From NCBI GenBank assembly GCA_965214405.1, contig OZ243956.1, positions 4,352,001 to 4,416,000 of the forward strand: DNA of 64,000 nucleotides, given 5' to 3'. Shown one piece after another: positions 49,528-58,265 of the stretch (the stretch's first letter is position 1; each line of letters starts with the position of its first letter). Under the pieces are notes generated by a model, which saw nothing but the letters and a program-made list of their open reading frames with translations, did not search any database and was not told the DNA's origin. A program made the translations under genes and the position numbers. Source of the stretch: Trueperaceae bacterium. GTDB taxonomy: Bacteria; Deinococcota; Deinococci; Deinococcales; Trueperaceae.

Positions 49528-50223
49528 TTAGCGTGGCGGGTCGGAGGGTTCATCTTCTTCGGGCGTGTTGTGGAGGGTGGCGGCAGTGCTTGTACCGTCG
49601 GTCGCTGAGGGAACCTCTGAGACAACAGTTGGGGAAACCCTCGAGGACACGGAACGCAGCGGGCGTGGGTTCGAAAAGCGCCTCCGCTTCTCTCGCTGCG
49701 AGCGCCGCACCTCCAAAAAGCCTTGCAAGTTGATAACGAAGTGCGCGAGCATTGCCGCCCACAAGCTCCCTGTATAAAGTGTGGCGTAACCAAAGGCGAG
49801 ACCGGCGATAAAAGTGTAAACCGTGTAGCTCCAGCCCTTGAGCGGCGCGGGGTGCAAGAGGCCGAACACAAGCGCCTGACCCCACACGCCGACGAGCGGC
49901 AGGAGCGCGCCGCGGAAGAAGAGTTCTTCCGACAGAGCCGTCGCCGCGGCGAGGGAGAAAGCGAGAGGCAAAGAGATTGGAAAGGTGGCGAGCGCGCATT
50001 CTAAAAGCTTACCGGCAAAACGGAACGAGGGGAGAAACTTTTCGAGAAGCCACGCCCCACCCAAAAGACCAACTATCAGCGCGGCGGCGACGAGAAGAAC
50101 CGTGAGGGGTCCCGCGTCGGCCTCTAAGCGCAGCGGTCTGAAAAAGAGCCACGACGCACCCAAGAGACCAAACAGCAGGCTAGGCGCGAAGACTAAGTAG
50201 CGGGCTGCTTTTTTCCTGAGCAC
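49528..50223 (-). CDS. CPBP (CAAX) intramembrane glutamic endopeptidase
   Basis: EELFFRG, FGLLH and AHFVIN motifs. Confidence 0.88.
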   Translation of the reverse strand: MLRKKAARYLVFAPSLLFGLLGASWLFFRPLRLEADAGPLTVLLVAAALIVGLLGGAWLLEKFLPSFRFAGKLLECALATFPISLPLAFSLAAATALSEELFFRGALLPLVGVWGQALVFGLLHPAPLKGWSYTVYTFIAGLAFGYATLYTGSLWAAMLAHFVINLQGFLEVRRSQREKRRRFSNPRPLRSVSSRVSPTVVSEVPSATDGTSTAATLHNTPEEDEPSDPPR

Positions 50224-50285
50224 GAGGGGCAGTTTAGCAGAGGGTACGCACCAGAACGTTCTCCGGTGTAGCGGTGTTTAGAAGG

Positions 50286-50792
50286 TTACTTTAAGCTCGC
50301 CAAAAAGCGCCGCACCTGCCGGGGTGTCCGCAGACGAACGACGGTTTTGGCGGGGGCGTGGTGCTCGAGCCGCCTCAAAACTTCAGGCCGCCTCTTGACG
50401 GGATAGTTCCAGACGTAAGCGAGAAAGGGCCAGTCGAGCCGTTCGTGACAGCCCGGGGCCATGTCGGGCCGCGCGCTCTCGCGGTAGGTCACAACCCGTT
50501 TGAGCACGCGCCACACGCAGAGGAGCCGGGGGGGGTCGAGGAAGATGATGGTGTCCGCGGCGGAGAGCCTCATATCCATCGTGCTCCCGTAGTTGCCGTC
50601 TACAATCCAACGCTCTCTCGCCAGAAGACCCTTTTGAAGCTCCGTCCACGCGTCGTGCGGCGTCTCCTGCCAACCTGGACGCCAGTAATGCACGTCGAGG
50701 TGCGTGGGGGTGACGTCTAAAATCTCGCCCAGTTCGCGCGCGAAGGTCGATTTGCCCGCCCCGCCCGAGCCGATGATGGCAACTCTTTTCAT
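50286..50792 (-). CDS. FlaR-like P-loop topology modulation protein
   Basis: IIGSGGAGKSTFA, WIVDGNY and RPDMAPGC motifs. Confidence 0.85.
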   Translation of the reverse strand: MKRVAIIGSGGAGKSTFARELGEILDVTPTHLDVHYWRPGWQETPHDAWTELQKGLLARERWIVDGNYGSTMDMRLSAADTIIFLDPPRLLCVWRVLKRVVTYRESARPDMAPGCHERLDWPFLAYVWNYPVKRRPEVLRRLEHHAPAKTVVRLRTPRQVRRFLASLK

Positions 50793-50817
50793 GATCTTTC
50801 CCGTGTAGGATTAGGCA

Positions 50818-51789
50818 TCAGGAAAGGAAGTCTAGCTCGAGCCCCACACCCCGCGCCTGAGCCTTGCCGAAAATCTCCCACGCCACCACCACATCCTGCC
50901 ACGCCAGCCCCACGCCGCCGTAAAGGGTGAGGTCGTCTGCGCTTGTGCGCCCCGCCTTGGTGCCCGCGATGACTTCACCGAGTTCGGCCTGAACCGCGTC
51001 AGGACCAAGGCCGACGTTGCCGAGCGCGCCCATTGTGAGGGTGAGGTCGCGGTCGTCGCAAAAAAAGCGGGACGCTTTGATGAGTTCCGCGCTCACCTCG
51101 GCCTTGCCCGGCTCGTCGGCACCCAGCGTGGTCACGTGCGCGCCCTCCGGGACCATCCCCGGAAAAAGAAAGGGAAAGGTGGACCACGTCGCCGTCACGA
51201 CGATGTCCGCGTCCATGACCGCCTCGGCGAGGGAGTCGGCGGGGACGAGTTTGGCCGGAATTTCCTCGGCCATACGCCGCACGAACAAGCCGGTCTTAAA
51301 GGGGGCGGTGTCGAAGACGCTCACCCGCTCTATGCGGCGCACCAGCCTTAGCGCCCGCAGCCCCCACGCGCCCTGCACCCCCGCCCCGATAATCGCCACG
51401 CGCGCCGCGTCCTCTCTGGCGAGCACATCGGCGGCCACCGCGTTAGCGAGCGCGGTGCGCACGGCGGTCAAGAGCCCTGACTCCATTACCGCGAGGAGCG
51501 CGCCCGTCTGGAGGTCGTGAAGCTGAACGAGCCCGCGGATGGCCGGGTCTTGGCCGGGGAATTTGGCGTGAACCTTGGCGGTGTAGGCGGGTACGGAAGG
51601 TAAGAGACCAGGAAAAAGGACCGTGGCGCTCGCTTTTCCGCCGGGTAGCGGCGAGCGGGCGCGTTGCGCGGGGAGGGTGCGTTCCAAAGAGTAGGCTCTA
51701 AACCCCTCACGAAGCTTGGGGAGGAGGGCGGTAAGGGTCGGGGGCTCGAGCAGCCTTATAATGTCCGAGCGGGTGAGCAGGCGGGTCAT
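50818..51789 (-). CDS. Ornithine cyclodeaminase / mu-crystallin family (second paralog)
   Basis: LTAVRT, GAGVQG, LGADEPGK and GVGLAWQD motifs. Confidence 0.88.
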   Translation of the reverse strand: MTRLLTRSDIIRLLEPPTLTALLPKLREGFRAYSLERTLPAQRARSPLPGGKASATVLFPGLLPSVPAYTAKVHAKFPGQDPAIRGLVQLHDLQTGALLAVMESGLLTAVRTALANAVAADVLAREDAARVAIIGAGVQGAWGLRALRLVRRIERVSVFDTAPFKTGLFVRRMAEEIPAKLVPADSLAEAVMDADIVVTATWSTFPFLFPGMVPEGAHVTTLGADEPGKAEVSAELIKASRFFCDDRDLTLTMGALGNVGLGPDAVQAELGEVIAGTKAGRTSADDLTLYGGVGLAWQDVVVAWEIFGKAQARGVGLELDFLS

Positions 51790-51795
51790 AGCTCA

Positions 51796-51834
51796 GTTTA
51801 CAGAGTTGGTTTACAGAGTTGGTTTACAGAGTTG
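51796..51834. repeat. Three 13-bp tandem repeats GTTTACAGAGTTG
   Basis: Read directly; on the minus strand the last unit supplies the TAAACT -10 box of the 51789 gene. Confidence 0.8.
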
Positions 51835-51916
51835 CGTCGGGGCTCGAGCAAAACGTTCAAGACGCACGCCGCTTTACAAAACGAGAGGATAGATTAAAGA
51901 GAATACTGGGGGGTCT

Positions 51917-52963
51917 ATGTCAACGCAAACGTTTGTGCGGCGCGTCCTTATCATTCTGGGTTTCGGTGTACTCACCGTCGCGCTCGCGGTGGCGCTGTGG
52001 CGCGCCTCGAGTATTTTCCTGCTCGCCTTTGCGGGGCTCTTGCTCGGCGTCCTTTTTCGCACGCTCTCTGGTCTGCTCGAGCGTTACGCGCGCCTGCCCA
52101 AAGGCTGGTCGCTGGCGGCGGCGGTGCTTCTGCTTTTTGTGCTGCTCGGCCTTGTGGGCTGGCTCGTCGGGCCGCGGCTCGCGGGCGAGGTGGACACGCT
52201 GTTGGGGACCCTGCCCACGTCGGTGAGCGGGCTCGAGGACAGGCTCGCCCGCTACGGCTGGGGGGAGCGGCTGCTCGAGCAGGCTCCCCTAACGGACGCT
52301 CTGCCCACCTCCAACTTGTTTTCGCGCCTCACCGGCACCCTGTCAACGCTGTGGACGGTCGCGCTGCACGTTATCTTCGTGTTCTTTCTCGCAGTCTTTT
52401 TTGCCTCGGAGCCGACGCTCTATCGGGACGGTCTGCTGCGGCTCGTGCCGAGGGCGCGGCGCGAACGTGCGGGCGAGGTGGTGAGCGAAATTTACGTCAC
52501 GCTCCAGGCCTGGCTGGTGGGCAAAATCATCTCGATGACGGTGGTGGGCCTCCTTACCGGGCTCGGGCTGTGGCTCCTCGGGATGCCGCTCGCGCTCACG
52601 CTGGGGGTGCTGGCGGGGGGGCTCGAGTTCATCCCCTTCTTCGGCCCCTTCTTGTCGTCGGTGCCCGCGATTCTGCTGGCGCTGACCGAGAGCCCGCTCC
52701 AGGCGGTCTATGTGGCGCTCCTTTACATCGTCGTCCAGCAGATCGAAGGCAACGTCATCTTGCCCATCGTCCACCAGAGAACGGTCGATTTGCCCCCCGC
52801 GCTTACTTTGGTGTCCGTGCTCGTGTTGGGCGGGCTTTTCGGATTTGCCGGTCTCCTCGTCGCCACGCCCGTCATGGCGGTCGGGCTCGTTCTGGTCAAG
52901 ATGCTCTACGTGGAGGACGTGTTGGGAGAAAGCGTGAAGCTGCCCCAAAGTCCCATTCCTTAG
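51917..52963 (+). CDS. AI-2E family transporter
   Basis: FIPFFGP, QQIEGNVILP and LPPAL motifs. Confidence 0.9.
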   Translation: MSTQTFVRRVLIILGFGVLTVALAVALWRASSIFLLAFAGLLLGVLFRTLSGLLERYARLPKGWSLAAAVLLLFVLLGLVGWLVGPRLAGEVDTLLGTLPTSVSGLEDRLARYGWGERLLEQAPLTDALPTSNLFSRLTGTLSTLWTVALHVIFVFFLAVFFASEPTLYRDGLLRLVPRARRERAGEVVSEIYVTLQAWLVGKIISMTVVGLLTGLGLWLLGMPLALTLGVLAGGLEFIPFFGPFLSSVPAILLALTESPLQAVYVALLYIVVQQIEGNVILPIVHQRTVDLPPALTLVSVLVLGGLFGFAGLLVATPVMAVGLVLVKMLYVEDVLGESVKLPQSPIP

Positions 52964-52988
52964 CGCCCTCCACCCGTTCCTGCTCAGC

Positions 52989-55820
52989 CTAATCAGCCGG
53001 TACGCCCCGGTAGGTTTTAGGGGAAAAGCCGCCGCCCCCGGTGTAAAAGAGGGTGCCGCCGACCGCGCCCGCGACGCCCGCGTTGCCCTCACCGGGCAGG
53101 GGGGTGAGTTCGGTCCAGGCGTCGGTCGCGGGGTCGTACGCTCTCACGTTTTTGACGTGCTGGGTGTGCGCTCGCTCGCCGCCGACGACGATGATGCGGT
53201 TCTCCACAACAAAGGTCGAGGAGGTGTGGTGCGACAGACTGTCTGGCAGGTCGGCCGCGCGCGTCCAGGCGTCCGTGGCGGGGTCGTAGCGGTGAACCAG
53301 CCGCTGCGTTTTCGCGCAGCTCTCGTAGCAGGTTTGCCCCCCGATGGCGTAGATTTTGCCCCCCAGCACGGTGAACCCCATGTGGCTTCGGGGGTTGGGG
53401 AGAGGCGCTTTGGACTCCCAGCCGCCGCCGTCCAGCGACAGCGCCCAGTGGTCGGCCTTGTCTTGGCGGTCGGTGTTGGTTCCCCCAAAAAAGTGCAGCT
53501 CGCGGCCTAAGCGCACGAGCCCGCCGGAGCCGCGAGCCTGCGGCAGCGGCGGCAGCGGCGTGCTCCAGGTGTCGGTTTTGGTGTCGTACTTGTACACCGT
53601 CCGCGTCGCCACTTCGGCGCGGGTGCAGTTGGGTTCGTTGCGGTAGCCGCCCGCCAAGTAGACGTCCAAGCCGTCCACCGCGACGCCCGCGTGCGTCCAG
53701 GCTTCGGGCAGGTCCTTAAGCCGCGTCCAGGTGTTTCTTGCCGGGTCGTAAACGTGAGACTGCGTGGTGGTGCAAAACGGGCTAAAGGAGGTGTAGCCCC
53801 CGAACACGTACATTTTGCCATTTGCCACGACGCCTTGCGCCTCAACGCGCTTGAGGGGCGCGCTGGCGGCACCCTGCCAGGTAACCTTTGTGAACACCTG
53901 GGCGGGCGGGGTGGGTGTGGACGCAGTCGGTGTACAAGACGTTGGCGAGCCTAAAAAGAGAGCTTCGTGGACGCGCGACGGGCTTCCCCCCGCCTGGGTC
54001 TTGCCCCCCGCGGCGATGTAGACGCCGCCGTTACAGACCGCCCCCTGGACGCCGTGCCGCGCGGTGGGCAGAGGCGTCAGCGTGCGCCAGGTGTTGGTCG
54101 CCGGGTTATACGCCTCGACCTCGTTATGGGCCTTTCCCCCGCCTTCGCCGCCGATAACGAGAATCTCGCGGCCCAGCACGGCCGTGGCGAAGCCGCTGCG
54201 CTCCGTCGGGAGGCGCGTCGGCAGTGTGGACCAGGTGCCCTTTGAGAAATCGTAGGCGTCGACGGCGGCGGTGGTCTTGTTGATGTCTTTGTCGCGTCCC
54301 CCAATGGCGTAAAAGGTTCCGTCCACCACGGCGGCTTGGAAGTGGTCTCTCACGCGCGGCATGTCCGGGAGCCGCTGCCAACGGTTTTGCGCGGGGTCGT
54401 AAACGTCAAACCACGCCACCGCCTTGGCCCCCGACCTGCCGCCGTTAAGCCCGCCCGCGTAATAGATCTTGCCGCCATGCACCGCGACGCCCCCCGCGCC
54501 GCGGCCTCTGCCTGCGGGCATCGGCGCGCCTTGCCGGAACGTGTTGGTCGTTGGGTTGTAGATATACACGGTGTTGACGTTGGGGCCGGGCCAGCCGGAG
54601 AGCCCGCCGATGTAGTAGATGAGCCCGTCCACGCTCACGCTTTGGATGTGGTCTAGGTTAGCGGGCAGCGGCGCGAGGGTGCGCCACGCGTTCTTGGCGG
54701 GGTCGTACGCCTCGTGGAGCGTGCCGCCGCCCGCGAGATAGAAGGTGCCGCCAACCTGCACGTAGGCGACCTCTTGCCGGTCTCGAGAACTGGACGCCAG
54801 CGTCCGCCACGCGCCCCGCCCGCCCCCCTCGTTGGTCACGGGGTCAACCACGGTGTCAATCACAGTGTTAACCACGGTGAACGTCACCGTGAGCGCTGCT
54901 TTCTTCGCGCCCGCCGCTCGAGCCCCCGCAAAGGGCGTCGCCGTTAAGGTGTGGCGACCCAGAGAGGGCGTCCAGGCGTAGTAGTCGCGCCCGCCGTTCC
55001 CGTCTCCGGCCAGCGCGTACGGCGCGACGTTCTCGGTCCGATAGTCTTTGCCGTCCAAGGTAAAACGCACGCTCCCCACCGGGGCGGCTAAGTCGGCGCG
55101 CACGCTCAAGCGGGTGCCCGTGCGCGCGACGTTGACGGTCGCGCCGTCCTCTAACGCGCCGAGCGGCGCGTCCGTGTCGGCGTTGATGAGGGTAAAGCCT
55201 GTTACGCCGTCGCCCGCGCCGTTATCCGCCGGAGACGTGAGCGGGAGGACTTCCAAGGCGGACACCTTGGGCTGGTCGACGCTCGAGCTGAAGTCGATGG
55301 TGAGCACCTCGTCGTTCACGTCCACCTCGTACGATTTGACGACCGCCGTGGCCGGGCCGACCTCCTTGTTGATGTCGTAATGCCTCAGCTCCGGCGTCCC
55401 GCCCTCTATGTTGACGCTGAAAACGCGCTTGCCCGCCCCGCCGGGGCCGCCCCCCGCCGCGCCCCAATAGATTTCGGCGAAGTGCAGCTTGACCTCGTAC
55501 CTTCCGGGAGACACCGGAACGTCATAACGAAAGCCGCCCAAGTTTTGCGTGGCCGAATGCTCGGTCAGGTACAAAACGTCGTCGTCCGTGCCTGCTATTT
55601 GCGTTACGCGGGCGTTTTGGTAGGGTTTGCCGCCGGAGACGTGCTCGTCTGCACGCCACCTGACGCCGTCGATGGTTACGCTCGGTCCTCCGGCGTTGAT
55701 GCGCAGGGGCTCGAGCTGCGAGAGCCATAAGGGCGGGTTGTCGGCCGCCACGGGAGGCGTGCCCGCGGAATCGCAGGCGGGCAGACCGATGAGGAGGAGG
55801 AGCAAGAGAGATCGTTTCAT
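52989..55820 (-). CDS. Lipoprotein with malectin domain and two kelch beta-propellers
   Basis: Lipobox LPAC; RINAGG..LHFAEIY malectin motif; about 12 GG..YDP..W kelch repeats. Confidence 0.85.
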   Translation of the reverse strand: MKRSLLLLLLIGLPACDSAGTPPVAADNPPLWLSQLEPLRINAGGPSVTIDGVRWRADEHVSGGKPYQNARVTQIAGTDDDVLYLTEHSATQNLGGFRYDVPVSPGRYEVKLHFAEIYWGAAGGGPGGAGKRVFSVNIEGGTPELRHYDINKEVGPATAVVKSYEVDVNDEVLTIDFSSSVDQPKVSALEVLPLTSPADNGAGDGVTGFTLINADTDAPLGALEDGATVNVARTGTRLSVRADLAAPVGSVRFTLDGKDYRTENVAPYALAGDGNGGRDYYAWTPSLGRHTLTATPFAGARAAGAKKAALTVTFTVVNTVIDTVVDPVTNEGGGRGAWRTLASSSRDRQEVAYVQVGGTFYLAGGGTLHEAYDPAKNAWRTLAPLPANLDHIQSVSVDGLIYYIGGLSGWPGPNVNTVYIYNPTTNTFRQGAPMPAGRGRGAGGVAVHGGKIYYAGGLNGGRSGAKAVAWFDVYDPAQNRWQRLPDMPRVRDHFQAAVVDGTFYAIGGRDKDINKTTAAVDAYDFSKGTWSTLPTRLPTERSGFATAVLGREILVIGGEGGGKAHNEVEAYNPATNTWRTLTPLPTARHGVQGAVCNGGVYIAAGGKTQAGGSPSRVHEALFLGSPTSCTPTASTPTPPAQVFTKVTWQGAASAPLKRVEAQGVVANGKMYVFGGYTSFSPFCTTTQSHVYDPARNTWTRLKDLPEAWTHAGVAVDGLDVYLAGGYRNEPNCTRAEVATRTVYKYDTKTDTWSTPLPPLPQARGSGGLVRLGRELHFFGGTNTDRQDKADHWALSLDGGGWESKAPLPNPRSHMGFTVLGGKIYAIGGQTCYESCAKTQRLVHRYDPATDAWTRAADLPDSLSHHTSSTFVVENRIIVVGGERAHTQHVKNVRAYDPATDAWTELTPLPGEGNAGVAGAVGGTLFYTGGGGFSPKTYRGVPAD

Positions 55821-56167
55821 CAGGTTGGGGCCTCCAGACCCCGGTTTTTGGTCCGGACGTCTCCGGCTAAGTTTTTGTTACCCGCCTCCATGATCTGCGG
55901 TCACTTGCCACAGTGACCCACCAGCACGCCTTTTACGGCCAAAGGTGACGACCCGGATATTGGCTAAAACAACGTTTGACTACCGGAGGGTAACGCTCCA
56001 GATTCTTATGAGAGCCAGATTAGTATACACCGTTTCTCGAGCTTTTACCAGGGCTTCCGCCCGAAATCAACGTGAACTTTGAAAACTGAAAACTTACCCT
56101 GATCCAAGGTGGTGAGAAACGGGCCGCAGCACGTAAAAAATACAAACAGCCTGTGACGGGCTTCGCG

Positions 56168-57493
56168 CTACGCCGACCAACCCTGGCGGCGGGCAAAGCG
56201 CCCTAACGCCTCGGCGGCCTCGTCACGCGTGCGTACGTCTCCTACGGCCTCCGCTTCTTTAAGAAAGCGCACCGCCTCGCCCACCTGGGGGCCGGGAGGG
56301 AGCCCAAGCAGCGTCATCACCTCACGCCCGTCGAGCAGGGGCTTTGGCGGGAGCGGCTCGCTCAAGATTTCCAGCACGCGCGCGAGGGCGGTGCGGTAGC
56401 TCCGGCGGCTTGCCTCGCTCGACTGGGGTCCCCGCGCCGCCTCGCGGTCGGCAATCATGAGTTTCAGGAGGTCGGGCAGGAGGTCGCGGCGGCGGTGGAC
56501 GAATCTGCGCGCCTCTTTGCGGTTTTTGGGCAGCGGCAGCATGTGGTAGCGCACCAGGGCGCTTGCACGCACCCCCCGTTCGTTGGGCGCGCGCAAGCGG
56601 CGCAGGATGGTTTTGGTGAGCTCGCCCCCGAGCTTGTCGTGACCGTAAAAGTGATAAAAACGCCCGCGCTCGTGGCCTTCGGCACTCTCCGGGCCAAAAG
56701 TTTTGGTTTCGGGCTTGCCCACGTCGTGCAGCAGCGTGGCCCAGCGCAGCGTGGGGCCAGCGTCGGGAAAGCCGAGCGTGAGCTGACGAAGCGCCTCAAG
56801 GGAGTGCTTAAGCACGTCCAGATGATGAAATCCCCCCTGTTCAACCCCGCGCGCGGCGGCGAGTTCGGGCAGGTAAACGTCCAAAAGGTAAAGGTCTGCG
56901 AGTAGCCCCAATCCGTGCGCCGCGCGTTCGCCCATGAGCAGCCGGTCGAGTTCTTCCCCCACGCGCTCCCACGCGGGCAGGGGCGCGTCGCCCGAAGCTT
57001 GCGCCTCGGCGAGCTCACGAATGGCGGCGCTCGTGCGGGGCTCGAGCCCAAACCCCAGCCCCGCCGCGAGCCGCACCCCGCGAAGCGCGCGCAAGGGGTC
57101 TGCAAAAAGATTGTCGCGGCTCACCATCCGTAAGGTGCGTTTCTCGAGGTCCGCCCGACCGTCCAGCGGGTCGATAAGCTTGCCCTCACCATCCGCAGCC
57201 ACCGCGTTCACGGTAAAGTCGCGGTCGCGCAAGTTAGCCTCGAGCGCCCCCTCCAACCGGATGTAGTCGCGCGTCACGCTTCCCGCTTCACCCTCTGCCA
57301 CCACCCGCCAGTGCCCGCGGGGCTCATCCAAAGGAAAGACGCTGCCGGACAGCTCGCGCGCCACCTCCCGCGCCGTTCCTTCGGGGTCGGCAACAAGCCA
57401 GTCGAGGTCGGCGAAGGGCCGTCCCAAAAGCGCGTCGCGCAGCGCGCCGCCGACCAAATATCCGCCCGCCGGTAAGGGCGTAAACTGGTTCAT
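56168..57493 (-). CDS. Class II tRNA nucleotidyltransferase with HD domain (probably CC-adding)
   Basis: LVGGALRD..DLD, RDFTVNA, DPLR and LLHDVGK motifs; start uncertain (57493 or 57559). Confidence 0.85.
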   Translation of the reverse strand: MNQFTPLPAGGYLVGGALRDALLGRPFADLDWLVADPEGTAREVARELSGSVFPLDEPRGHWRVVAEGEAGSVTRDYIRLEGALEANLRDRDFTVNAVAADGEGKLIDPLDGRADLEKRTLRMVSRDNLFADPLRALRGVRLAAGLGFGLEPRTSAAIRELAEAQASGDAPLPAWERVGEELDRLLMGERAAHGLGLLADLYLLDVYLPELAAARGVEQGGFHHLDVLKHSLEALRQLTLGFPDAGPTLRWATLLHDVGKPETKTFGPESAEGHERGRFYHFYGHDKLGGELTKTILRRLRAPNERGVRASALVRYHMLPLPKNRKEARRFVHRRRDLLPDLLKLMIADREAARGPQSSEASRRSYRTALARVLEILSEPLPPKPLLDGREVMTLLGLPPGPQVGEAVRFLKEAEAVGDVRTRDEAAEALGRFARRQGWSA

Positions 57494-57576
57494 GTCAACC
57501 GTAATCACATCTTCCGTGTTTTTGCGAAACGCTCGAGCCAACCACTTCACGTTTCCCATTATATGAGACGCGCTAG

Positions 57577-58182
57577 ATGAGTCCTGTACCCCTCAAAATC
57601 GGCCTAACCGGCAACATCGGCTCGGGCAAATCAACCGTCGCGCGGCTCCTTATCGAACGGGGCGCGGCGCTCGTTGACGCGGACGCGCTCGCGCGGGAGG
57701 CTGCCTCGGACCCGCAGGTGCTCGCAGCTATCGCTGAGAAGCTGGGGGATGACTTGGTAAGAGGGGGAGGACTCGACCGCGCCGCCACTGCCGCGCGGGT
57801 GTTTGAGGACGCCGAAGCTCGAGCAATCCTTAACAGCATCATCCACCCCTGGGTGAGGCGCGAGAGCGCCGCGCGGGTGGAGGCGCTGAGGATGCAGGAT
57901 GAGCCGCCACGCGTTATTCTCATGGATATTCCCTTGTTGTATGAGAACGGGCTCGAGGCGGGCCTTGATGCCGTCATCGTCGTAAACGCGCCCCTGGCCG
58001 TCCGTGTGAAACGCGTGGGCGCGCGTAGCGGCTTGAGTGAGGCCGACGTCGTGGCAAGGGACGGCGCGCAGCTTTCCTTAGAAAAAAAAGTGGCGCGGGC
58101 GGATTTCGTGCTCGAGAACAGCGGTGATTTGGAGGATTTAGAACGGCAGGTCGAGGCGCTGTGGCGAGAGCTTAACAGTTAG
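57577..58182 (+). CDS. coaE: Dephospho-CoA kinase
   Basis: IGLTGNIGSGKS, DAD, IIHP and DIPLLYE motifs. Confidence 0.96.
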   Translation: MSPVPLKIGLTGNIGSGKSTVARLLIERGAALVDADALAREAASDPQVLAAIAEKLGDDLVRGGGLDRAATAARVFEDAEARAILNSIIHPWVRRESAARVEALRMQDEPPRVILMDIPLLYENGLEAGLDAVIVVNAPLAVRVKRVGARSGLSEADVVARDGAQLSLEKKVARADFVLENSGDLEDLERQVEALWRELNS

Positions 58183-58265
58183 ATTCAGTCCACCTCTCAT
58201 CAACCGTAAGCGCATCTCACCCCCGTCAACTTTGGGTATGAAATGATGACCCGTTAGTCGGACGA

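Noticed and set aside
51796..51834. Tandem repeats as a CRISPR array
   Set aside because: 13-bp units with no spacers and no cas genes; the same applies to the other short repeats.
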